A stretch of 64,000 bases of DNA from NCBI GenBank assembly GCA_016208485.1, contig JACQXY010000010.1, forward strand, positions 1,431-65,430, read 5' to 3'. Below, piece by piece: positions 29,946-40,298 of this stretch (the first letter of the stretch is position 1; every line of letters begins with the position of its first letter). The DNA is from Acidobacteriota bacterium (GTDB taxonomy: Bacteria > Actinomycetota > AC-67). The translations under genes and the position numbers were made by a program. The notes under the pieces were generated by a model. The model searched no databases, had not been told where the DNA came from, and saw nothing but the letters and a program-made list of their open reading frames with translations.

Positions 29946-31556
29946 ATGCCCCACCTTCGCCTTGCGACCGCCGCCTGCATCCTCGCGCTGACCGTCGCTC
30001 CCCTCGCTCGGGCCGACGATTGCACCACCCAGCTCTCGTGCGGCGCCGATCTTCAGCAGGCCACCGACCTCGAACTGCGCATGAACGATCACTTCTGGTA
30101 CGGGCAGGCGCTCGAGGCTTGGTACGACACGGCGGCGCGGAACCAAGGCGATGTGGCTCTCGTCGGCGGGTGGGGCGACTCCGGGTTGTGGACGGGCGTC
30201 TACCTTGGCGGCGAGTCCTTCCGCTACGCGGTCGCGCGTGACAAGCTCGCCGGCTCGCTCGACGCCGACCAGATCGTCTACTGGACGAGCCAGCGCGACG
30301 AGGCGAAGGCACGCGTGGACGCCATGGTTCAGAAGGAGCATCTGCTCGTGAACATCGCGAAGGCCTGGCGCACCGAGGTGTCGCCGTGGGTTCACCCGAA
30401 CGACACCCACACGCCGGCGAGCTTCGGCGGAGGCGTCATCCAGGGTGAGCCCGGCATGCTCATGCGCGCCTGCGCGCCCACCGACGCCCCCCCGGAGCAC
30501 GCCATGGCAACCAACCGCCGCGTGTTCGGACCGTGGCTCTGGGACGACGAAAAGGAGTACATCTGTGAGACCGCGCCGAGCCGCGACACCTACGCGGGGG
30601 TGACCTTCGGGTTGCAGGCCGCGTTCGACCTGGTCTCGGTCGACGACCCGGACATGCGGGCGATGATCCGCGACGACATCTTGAAGCTCGCCGGCTTCCT
30701 CGTGAAGTACGGGTGGAACTACCCGCGGCCCCACGGCAACATCTCGCTGCCGCCGCTCGGCCACGACTTCGACAACTTCATCTCCCCGCTCTTCGTCTAC
30801 GTTCCGATGGCGCGGCTGAACATGGCGAACGTCGCCCGGCACGTCGCCGACCTTGCCGGCACGCTTGAGGAGAAGCTCCGGTGGGACGCGGTGTGGCAAG
30901 AGGAGTTCGCCAGTCAGGGACCGATCCTCGCGGGCTCGATGGTGATCGACTCGATGCAGCCGAACGAGAGCTACTACAAGTTCAACCTCCACTACCTCAC
31001 CGGCTTCAACTTGCTCCGCACGCTCGGCGACCCGACCGAGCGCGGCGTGGTCGCCCAGGCCTTCGATGCACTCGACCGGACCACCGGCGACGACGTGAAC
31101 GCCCACTTCGAGGCGATCACCTATGCCGTGACCGGCGAGCCGGCGAAGCGGGACACCGCGATCACGCACCTGGACGAGTGGCGGGCCTACCGCGCCACGA
31201 CGGGTAGCAACCCGAACGTCGACAACTCACCCGGCTGCGGGATCGACTTCGCCTGCGTCCCCGACGACCAGCTCGACGTCTCCCCGACCGGGCCCGACGG
31301 GGAGTTCCTCACGTGGAAGCCCGGAACGAGCACGAAGATCCGGGCCGCGCTCCCGCTGCCGGTCGCCGTCCGGCCGCAGACCGACTTCCTGTGGCAGCGC
31401 CCGCCCACCCAGCTCAGCTCGGGGTATACCGATCCCAGGTACGAGCCGCCGGGCGTGGACTACCTGACGCCGTACTGGATGCTCCGCTACTTGACCGAGG
31501 TGGCGCCACCGGCACTCGCGCCGCTCCCGGAGAGCTTCGCCCCGTCGTTCCGCTGA
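29946..31556 (+). CDS. Secreted uncharacterised protein (possible alpha/alpha-barrel enzyme)
   Basis: Signal peptide ending ARA; strong GC3 codon bias; motifs GDSGLWTG.YLGGESFRY, SRDTYAG, FLWQRPP, DYLTPYWMLRY. Confidence 0.75.
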   Translation: MPHLRLATAACILALTVAPLARADDCTTQLSCGADLQQATDLELRMNDHFWYGQALEAWYDTAARNQGDVALVGGWGDSGLWTGVYLGGESFRYAVARDKLAGSLDADQIVYWTSQRDEAKARVDAMVQKEHLLVNIAKAWRTEVSPWVHPNDTHTPASFGGGVIQGEPGMLMRACAPTDAPPEHAMATNRRVFGPWLWDDEKEYICETAPSRDTYAGVTFGLQAAFDLVSVDDPDMRAMIRDDILKLAGFLVKYGWNYPRPHGNISLPPLGHDFDNFISPLFVYVPMARLNMANVARHVADLAGTLEEKLRWDAVWQEEFASQGPILAGSMVIDSMQPNESYYKFNLHYLTGFNLLRTLGDPTERGVVAQAFDALDRTTGDDVNAHFEAITYAVTGEPAKRDTAITHLDEWRAYRATTGSNPNVDNSPGCGIDFACVPDDQLDVSPTGPDGEFLTWKPGTSTKIRAALPLPVAVRPQTDFLWQRPPTQLSSGYTDPRYEPPGVDYLTPYWMLRYLTEVAPPALAPLPESFAPSFR

Positions 31557-31573
31557 GCACACCCGCCAACATC

Positions 31574-31942
31574 TCAGCGAGGGTGCTTGCGCGGCAGTGG
31601 GACCATCCGGACGTGGTGCTCGTCCACGACGGAGAACCGTCCCGGCCAGTCCGCGCGCCCCGCGAGCGTGGACGCGACGGTCCGGGCGAGCCGCTCGGGG
31701 GTCGTCTGCGGCAGGCGCAGGAGGATCACGCCGGACCCTGCGGGCAGCCCGCGCCGGAACGCGATCTCCCCGAACTCTTTGTCCTGCGTGAGCAGGACCC
31801 TGTCCTCGCGCGCGGCGCGGCGCGCGACCTCGAGATCGGTCGCGCCCGGTGCCTCCACGCGAACCCAGACCACATCGTGGCCACCCGCTCGGAGCGCCTC
31901 GACGACCACCCTCGGGATGTTCTCGTCGGCGAGGAGCCTCAC
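31574..31942 (-). CDS. DUF5615 PIN-like toxin
   Basis: RLLADENIP, GHDV, ATD.EV, VLLTQDKEFG, GVILLR. Confidence 0.85.
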   Translation of the reverse strand: MRLLADENIPRVVVEALRAGGHDVVWVRVEAPGATDLEVARRAAREDRVLLTQDKEFGEIAFRRGLPAGSGVILLRLPQTTPERLARTVASTLAGRADWPGRFSVVDEHHVRMVPLPRKHPR

Positions 31943-32391
31943 AGGGGCGCCGGTCTCGGGTAGACGCGCTCGGCGCGAAGGCGCTCGGCCGCGTAGGCGA
32001 GGCACGCGCGCAGGTCGTCCCCAGTCAGCCCTGGATAGTTGTCGAGGATCTCAGGCTCGCTCCAGCCGGCGGCGAGAAGCTCGACGATCAGCTCCACCGC
32101 GATCCTGGTCCCCTTGAGGAGCGGCTTCCCGGCGAGGACCCGCGGATCCAGGGCGATCCTGTTCTCCCACGCCGGGCGCGCGGACGGATATGCTTCCGGT
32201 GCCTCCGCCACCCCGCGGCCGCGCGAGCGCCCGGGGAGGCGCTCGCCGCGCAGGGCAGCCTCGAGGTCCTCTTCGTCGACGAGGTGTTGCGTCCCGACCT
32301 TGAGGGACGGCAGGCGGCCGGCGCGGATCCAGCGCCTGATCGTCTCGGCGGCGAGCCCCGCGCGCGCCGCCGCTTCGGGGACGGTGAGCAC
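31939..32391 (-). CDS. Excisionase-type HTH fused to DUF433 antitoxin
   Basis: LTVPEAAARAG..ETIRRWIRAGRLP; RIALDPRVLAGKP..KGTRIAV...YPGLT.DDLRACLAYA. Confidence 0.82.
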   Translation of the reverse strand: MLTVPEAAARAGLAAETIRRWIRAGRLPSLKVGTQHLVDEEDLEAALRGERLPGRSRGRGVAEAPEAYPSARPAWENRIALDPRVLAGKPLLKGTRIAVELIVELLAAGWSEPEILDNYPGLTGDDLRACLAYAAERLRAERVYPRPAPL

Positions 32392-32569
32392 GGGTGTAGC
32401 ATACAACACCATCCGGATGGCCGAACTCCGGCTGCGCACGGCAGGCCCTCGCCGGTTCTCCGCGCGTTCCCCTTGCGCATTCCCGGCAAAGCCCGCATGC
32501 TTTCGGGGGAGCTGCAATTGGGGGAGCACTCGGGACCGCGCCGGCCCCGGGTCCGCGGAGGAGGAGCCG

Positions 32570-33961
32570 ATGCCTGAACGCCTGAGCGCGCTTGACGCGA
32601 GCTTTCTGCTGCTCGAGCGCCCGAACGTACACATGCACGTCGCCGGACTGGTCGTCCTCGACCCGTCGACCCGCCCGGACGGGCGGCTCACCTTCGAGGA
32701 GGTGGCCGAGGTCCTCCGCGCGCGGATCCATCTCGTGCCGCGCTTCCGGCAGAAGGTGCGGTTCGTGCCGCTCGGGCTCGGCCGCCCGGTGTGGCTCGAC
32801 GATCCGAGCTTCGACCCGGACTTCCACCTGAGGCGCGCGGCGCTGCCGGCCCCCGGCGGCCCGCGCGAGCTGGCCGACTTCGTGCAGCGCGTGCACTCGC
32901 GCCCGCTCGACCGCTCGAAGCCTCTGTGGGAGCTGTACTTCATCGAGGGCCTCGAGGACGGCAACGTCGCGGTGCTGAGCAAGTCTCACCACGCGATGAT
33001 CGACGGGATGAGCGGCATGGACATCGCGACGGTCCTGTTCGACCTCACGCCGGAGCCGCGCGCGGTGGAACCCGAGCACTGGATCCCGCGGGTCGAGCCG
33101 TCGGCGCGCGACCTGATCCGCGACGCGATCACCGAGCAGATCACGAGCCCGCTCCAGACCGCGCTCCAGAACACCGCGCTCGCGCTGCGCGCGCCGGGGA
33201 TCCTGCTCGACCGCGCGCGCAACACCCTGGAGGGCCTGGCGGGGATGCTCGCCGCCGGCGCCGCGCCGCGCGGTCCCTTCAACCGGCGGGTCGGGCCGAA
33301 CCGGCGGTTCGCGATGGCCTCGGTGCCGGTCGCCGACGCCAAGGCGATCAAGAACGCGCTCGGCGGGACGGTGAACGACGTGGTGATGGCGTCGGTTGCC
33401 GGCGCGCTCGAGCGGGTCATCCGCGCGCGCGGGGAGGCGACGCACGGGCTCGGCCTGCGGGCGATGATGCCGGTGTCCACCCGCGACGACTCGCAGCGGA
33501 TGGCGATGGGGAACCAGATATCGAACTTCTTCGTCGACCTCGCGGTCGGCGAGCGCGGTGCGGCGGCGCGCTTGCGGCGGATCACCGCGGCGACGAAGGA
33601 GCTGAAGACCTCGCACCAGGCGCTCGCGGCCTCGGCGCTGATGAACGCCGGCCAGTGGGCGCCTCCGACGATCCACGGGATGGCCGCGCGCCTGGTCGCG
33701 CGCCAGCGCTTCGCGAACCTGGTCGTCTCCAACGTCCCCGGGCCGCAGATGCCGCTGTACCTGCTCGGCGCGCGGATGCTCGTCACCTACCCGGTGATGC
33801 CGCTCGGCGAGACGATGGCGCTGTCGGTCGGCGTGACGAGCCTCTCCGGTGTCATGGGGTTCGGGGTCACCGGGGACTGGGACGCGCTCCCCGACGTGGA
33901 CGTGCTCGCAGAGGGGATCGTGGCCTCCGTGCACGATCTCAAGAAGGCGGCGGGCCTGTAG
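32570..33961 (+). CDS. Wax ester synthase / diacylglycerol acyltransferase
   Basis: ERLSALDASFL, MHVAGL, LDRSKPLWE, HHAMIDG, VSNVPGP. Confidence 0.93.
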   Translation: MPERLSALDASFLLLERPNVHMHVAGLVVLDPSTRPDGRLTFEEVAEVLRARIHLVPRFRQKVRFVPLGLGRPVWLDDPSFDPDFHLRRAALPAPGGPRELADFVQRVHSRPLDRSKPLWELYFIEGLEDGNVAVLSKSHHAMIDGMSGMDIATVLFDLTPEPRAVEPEHWIPRVEPSARDLIRDAITEQITSPLQTALQNTALALRAPGILLDRARNTLEGLAGMLAAGAAPRGPFNRRVGPNRRFAMASVPVADAKAIKNALGGTVNDVVMASVAGALERVIRARGEATHGLGLRAMMPVSTRDDSQRMAMGNQISNFFVDLAVGERGAAARLRRITAATKELKTSHQALAASALMNAGQWAPPTIHGMAARLVARQRFANLVVSNVPGPQMPLYLLGARMLVTYPVMPLGETMALSVGVTSLSGVMGFGVTGDWDALPDVDVLAEGIVASVHDLKKAAGL

Positions 33962-33962
33962 C

Positions 33963-34469
33963 GTGACGATCGTGGTTCGACCGGTCCGCCCCGAGGAGCA
34001 CGCGGAGGCGGGCCGGGTCCTCGAGGCCGCCTGGCGGGAGTTCGTCGGTCTCGGCGAGGAGGGCTGGGATCGTTACGTGCGCGACCACGTCTCGAACGTG
34101 GCGGCGCGCGCTGAGCGCACTCTCGTGCTCGTCGCGGTCGAGGACGAGCGGATCCTCGGGTCGGCGACGCTCGAGACGGACGATCGTGTCGGCGACCCCG
34201 ACGACGAGGGCGAGCCGCTCCCGCCGGAGGAGGCGCGTATCCGGATGGTCGGCGTCGCGCCCGGCGCGCGCCGCCGGGGAGTCGGGCGGCTCTTGATGGA
34301 AGGCCGCTTCGAGGAGGCGCGCCGCGCCGGCAAGACGCTCGTCACGTTGCGAACCACGCCGCGACAGAAGGCCGCGCACGCGATGTACGAGGACATGGGG
34401 TTCGCGCGCGGCGCCGACACGGTGTTCGACGACGGCTTCGTGCTGATGTCCTACGAGATCCGGCTCTGA
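33963..34469 (+). CDS. GNAT acetyltransferase
   Basis: RMVGVAPGARRRGVGRLL, AHAMYEDMGF. Confidence 0.88.
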   Translation: MTIVVRPVRPEEHAEAGRVLEAAWREFVGLGEEGWDRYVRDHVSNVAARAERTLVLVAVEDERILGSATLETDDRVGDPDDEGEPLPPEEARIRMVGVAPGARRRGVGRLLMEGRFEEARRAGKTLVTLRTTPRQKAAHAMYEDMGFARGADTVFDDGFVLMSYEIRL

Positions 34470-34831
34470 GTCAGCAATCGCCGGGCGCCGAGCCGGCCCT
34501 GTTCGGCGCGCTGACAGGTAGCCAGTCGCGCCATGCTGCCGGGTTCTCTGCTGCCTAATTCGGGGGATTCCTCCAACCCCCGGCCTACTCATTGACAGAA
34601 CTGTGGAACGATACGAAAGATGGGGTGAGATGCTGGTGTGGAGTGGCTGTCGCCCAGGTAGCTTGACGTGCCCGCTTCGTTTCTCTAGGCTCTGACCTGG
34701 GGAGCGGCTCGGGGAGGGTCGCTGGAGGGGAGGGGATTCCTAAATGGCTGCCCCGGAGTCCAAATGGGCGCCATCGTATCTTCTTATCGACAAGCGCAGC
34801 GGGGAACGTCAGCGCGATTATGAGAAGTTCC

Positions 34832-36895
34832 TCAACAACGGATCGGACATTGCGGATCCGTTGCCGGGTAGTGAGGAGTCGCTGGAGCAGGCCGACCGCT
34901 TGGCACCGGGAAGTCCGTCGTAGGCCGCGAAGAAGTAGCCGCGCTCACTTGACCGGGCGGCGGAGTCCTACCATCCACATCGCTTGCTTTCCCCGGGCCG
35001 AAGTCCCCCGTTAGTGCCCCAAGTGCGAACGCGGCAAGCATCCCACAGATGCATGCAAAGAGGATGCCCTTCCACAGAAGCAGCCTGAGCCCCGCGACTG
35101 TCGCCCGCTCCCTGACCGCGAGAAACCCTGAGAACGGTCCCGCGAGACCGCTCAGGGCGAGGGCGACGTTCGGCTGGAGTTTCGGAGTATCGCTTAGAAC
35201 GGCCCACCAGAGAATGGCCGTGACTGCTGCCGCGAAGGCCGCACCTGCGACGTAGAGGGCTGCTACTTCGAGCTTCAGCTTGTAGAACACTTGCAGACGG
35301 ACGATCTCGCGGGTCTTCGAGGAGGGCTTTGGGGTCTTCGCGGAAGGATCAGGGGTTGGCGCCGGTGGCACTCGTCGAAGGACCCTCGCCCGGAGGCGCC
35401 GTGTGCCATGCGTGATCGCCCGTGCCGGCAGTCCAAGGGTTCGGCGTGCCAGCCTCATCCATCCCTTGGGGTGCGCCGGGGGCTGGCGATTGAGGTCGTC
35501 GATTAGGCGCTGGAATTCCGCTCGGGTCTTCGTTGTGTAGAAGACCTGCAGCTCGTAAGACTCCGAGTACTCGATGCCAAAGAGATCCCGGAGTCCGACC
35601 GGTCCGACTCGCGTATGGTTGCCGAACTGCGCCTCGGTGTTTCGTGCCTTGAGGCGCACAGCGGCGGTATCAGGCGACGACACTTCGATGTGCGTTCCTT
35701 GGGCATCGCCTATGACAACTGCGTATCGGTGCTGCAGACCGCCCAGGCGGCAGGCCTGGCCAAGCGGTAGTGGCGGCCGCTTCGAATCTTCATGTCGCTT
35801 TCCGATCGGTACCGTCTGGGTGAGCTTCGCAATGTACGCCTCGCCGATGCGCACACGCAGCGGAGCGAATGCGACTCACGAGTGGGTGAATCGGCTAAGC
35901 GTGAAGAGAGCGTTTTCGCAAGCCCGGCTGCCCTCGCCAGGCGCGCTCTGTACGTCGACCAGCCCGGCGATCAATGCAAGGAATGCATCACACTGGCCGA
36001 AGAACGTTGTCAGCCGCTGAGTGATCGTTGGCGGTGACGTGCCCCACCCGCCTTTCATTCGGAGCTTGACGTAGTCGGGCAGGAGGAGGAGGGGGTTCGT
36101 CAGGGGATCTCTGAGGCCTTGGACATGTGCCCAGGTCAGATCGGGGCTGTCCTTGAGTCGCTCGGCGAGAGTGCGTCCACTCTCGATGAGACCCTGAACC
36201 CTGGCCTCCATAATTGCCGGTACATCGCTCATCTCGTCCTCCGCCTCCAGTCGCACCCGGCGGGCGAGGAAACGGATCATCTTGGCGGCCGAGTCCTCCG
36301 GCGCTTCAGACAGCAGTAGACACTTGGGCGTGAAGTTCGCGCGGTGAAGCAGGCCGCTCGGTATGCAGAATGCGAGTGCCCGGATGAGGGGAGTGACGAT
36401 TGGCGGCGAGAACTCTGAGGCAAGAAAGGTCGAGGCGGGCCAGATGCTCCTCGTAATGACGTAATGGGTTGCGAGTTCGCTGTTGCGAAAGCGGTTTCCG
36501 AGAGGGAGTCGGTGACCCCGGTGATCCTCAAGGTCCGTCCGCATGAGGACCTGCTTCGGGAGAGTTAGGAGCGGCACGGGGAGCGGGACCTCCTGTCCCA
36601 TCCAGCGTCTATCAGACTCCAGGAGCGGAGTGAGTTGGGTCACCAGCTCGGCGGATTCCGTAGGCTCTGACGTAACCTTCCTGGCAACTTTCATGGCGGA
36701 CATGGCGGCACGATGCACGAGGCTTGGTGGGATTCTGAATTGCAGGCTGATCCGGTCGCGATAGCATCGTCCATCTAGTGGAGTAATGGCCTCAACACGC
36801 CGCTCTCTCCATTGGTTTGGCTCGGCCAAGAGCGTCGCGGCCACTTCTCTGGCGAACAGCTCGCCGGACCTGTCCACCGAGCGCCTGAACTGCAC
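34832..36895 (-). pseudogene. Orphan membrane protein gene split by one in-frame TGA, in lower-GC DNA
   Basis: ORFs 35876-36895 and 34832-35854 share a frame (RFTHS*VAFAPLRVRIGE); three C-terminal TM segments. Confidence 0.55.
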
Positions 36896-37028
36896 CCGAT
36901 AGAGTGACTGCCATATGCCACCCTCACCTCATGTCCCGAACTCCTATCATAGCTGAGACGCGAGATATGGGACATACCCCACAGGAGGGATTCTGCTGGA
37001 TTGCCGGTGCTCCGCGGGTCCAGGGCCG

Positions 37029-38065
37029 CTACACTCCGAGCTCCCCGCGCGCGGCCGCGCGCGCGCGCCGCGCGAGCGCCGGGACGCCGAGGTCGAGCTG
37101 GGCGAACATCGGGTGGTCACGGGTGCCGGCGAGGTAGCGGCGGTAGGAGCCCTCCATGATGATCGCGATCTTCCACCCGGCGAGCGCGGCGTACCACGAG
37201 ACCCGGTCGATGGGGACCTCGCTGCGCTCGGCGTAGCGCGCGAGCGCGTCGCGCCGGCGCAGGAACCCCTCCTGGTCCATGGCCGAGGGCACCGTCAGGC
37301 CGAAGGTCGGGTCGCCCGGGTCGCACCAGAAGTAGAGCATCCACCCGAGGTCGGCGAGCGGGTCGCCGAGCGTGGACATCTCCCAGTCCACGACCGCGAC
37401 GAGACGCGCTGGCGGCTCGGGCGCGAAGATCGCGTTGTCGAGCTTGAAGTCGCCGTGGACGATCGTCGCGCCTCCCTGCGGAGGCAGGGTGTCGTCGAGC
37501 CAGGAGCCGACCTCCTCGATCTCGGGGACGTCGCGGAACTTCGCGAGGTCCCAGAGCTGGCGCATCCGGCGGAGCTGCCGGTCGAGGTAGCCCTCGGGTC
37601 TTCCGAACCCTTCGAGGCCGGCCGCGCGCCAGTCCACGGCGTGCAGCGCCGTGAGTGTGTCCACGAGCTGCTCGCACATCCGCCGCCGGTCTTCGAGTGA
37701 GGTGACTTCGGGGGGGACCTCCGCGCGCACCACCACTCCTTCCACCATCTCCATCAGGTAGAAGGGCGCGCCGATCACCGCGCGATCCTCGCAGAGCGCG
37801 ATCGGACGGGGGACCGGAACCGGAGCGCCGTGGCCGGCGAGCGCCCGCATGACCCGGTACTCGCGGCGGACGTCGAACGCGGTCGGAGGGAGGTCCCCGC
37901 GCGGGGGCCGGCGGAGCACGACGTCCCATCCCTCGCCTCGCACGCGGAAGGTGAGGCAGGACTGGCCCTCTCCGAGGCGCTCGATCGCGAACGGGCCGGC
38001 GAGGTCGGGCGCCACCTCGGAGAGGAACCTCGCGAGCCCGGCCGGGTCGACCGGCGCGGGCTCGC

Positions 38066-38069
<4 letters not shown>
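37029..38069 (-). CDS. APH-family phosphotransferase (ACAD10/11 kinase-like)
   Basis: [42 protein letters not shown]. Confidence 0.9.
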
Positions 38070-39286
<1,217 letters not shown>

Positions 39287-39391
39287 GCGCGCCTCCCGGC
39301 CGGGGTGTGTGGCCGGAAATCTAGCCCGCATCGCGCACGGCCCGCCAACTGCCGGGGCGCTTCGAGGGGAACTCCCGGGGTCGAGAACGAC

Positions 39392-39422
39392 AGAACCCCG
39401 CGGCGGGAGGCCGCGAGGTTCT
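39392..39422 (-). terminator. Putative terminator hairpin
   Basis: AGAACCCCGCGGC-GGGAG-GCCGCGAGGTTCT just after the 39432 stop. Confidence 0.5.
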
Positions 39423-39431
39423 GGACGACTC

Positions 39432-39758
39432 TTAGGCGGTCGTCTTGGGCTTGCGCGCGGCCTTCTTCACTCCGCCGTTGGGCGCGATCTTGGCTGTCAG
39501 AGGCTCGACGGCCTCGAGGAGCGTGAGCGTGTAGGCCTTCTGCGCCCCGAGGACCCGCTCGGCGATCCCGAAGCCGGCCTCGACGACGTGCTTGGGCGCG
39601 GGCACCTTCGCCCCGACGGTGCGGACCGGCGCGATGTCGGGGATGACCCCGGCGACGAGGCCGCTCACCTGCGAGACGGTCGAAAGCGCGGTGTCCTGGG
39701 CCTGCTTGAGGCCGGTGAAGACCCGGCCTGTGGCCTTGGTGGCGAGCGCTGCGAACAT
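39432..39758 (-). CDS. Small amphipathic protein with Lys/Ala-rich tail (HBHA/phasin-like by context)
   Basis: GGGAGG RBS, helical body, [11 protein letters not shown] tail; follows an Rv0474-like regulator. Confidence 0.6.
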   Translation of the reverse strand: MFAALATKATGRVFTGLKQAQDTALSTVSQVSGLVAGVIPDIAPVRTVGAKVPAPKHVVEAGFGIAERVLGAQKAYTLTLLEAVEPLTAKIAPNGGVKKAARKPKTTA

Positions 39759-39791
39759 GTGTTCCTCCCTTCCCGGACTGCTACTGCGCTA

Positions 39792-39821
39792 AGTCTACCA
39801 AGCGTGCGCTTGGTCTGTCAA
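39792..39821 (-). promoter_or_regulatory. Promoter with palindromic operator in spacer
   Basis: TTGACA-18-TAGACT on the minus strand; ACCAAGCG-TG-CGCTTGGT at 39797-39814. Confidence 0.65.
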
Positions 39822-39826
39822 GGGGT

Positions 39827-40243
39827 CTAGCTCGGCGGCTTGGATCGGACGGTCCGCGGGGCGGAGGTGTGGCGGCGCGGCCGGGGAGCGCGACCTGCGG
39901 TCATGCTCCGGTACACCCGGATCAGGGCTTCCTTCTGGTCGGTGGATAGCCGCGGGTCGAGGCGGACGGCTTCCTCGACGCCGCCTCCGGCGCGCGGCGC
40001 CGGCGCCCTTCCCTCGAGGAGCCCCATGCGGGTGTAGAGGTTCTCGGCCGAGATCTCGAGCGCGTCGGCGATGTGCTTCATGACCTCGGCCGACGGCTTG
40101 TAGATGCCGCGCTCCACTTGGCTGAGGTAGGGGTTGGAGACCTTGGCGAGCCGCGCGAGTTGCCGGAGCGACAGGTTGGCGAGCCGGCGCTGGGAGCGGA
40201 TGAACTCCCCGAGCGCTTTCAGGCGGTCCTCGGCAAGGGTCAC
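39827..40243 (-). CDS. XRE-family HTH regulator (Rv0474-like)
   Basis: LGEFIRSQR....SLRQLA....VSNPYLSQVERG..KPSAEV; L..DQKEALIRVYRS. Confidence 0.88.
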   Translation of the reverse strand: MTLAEDRLKALGEFIRSQRRLANLSLRQLARLAKVSNPYLSQVERGIYKPSAEVMKHIADALEISAENLYTRMGLLEGRAPAPRAGGGVEEAVRLDPRLSTDQKEALIRVYRSMTAGRAPRPRRHTSAPRTVRSKPPS

Positions 40244-40298
40244 CCGCCGAGCATAGCAGTCGCTTGGCCGACCAAGCAACCGGTCGCGGCGCGGGTCG

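Noticed and set aside
35876..35878. Selenocysteine recoding of the in-frame TGA
   Set aside because: No redox motif context or evident SECIS hairpin; Trp fits the context (HSWVAF) better
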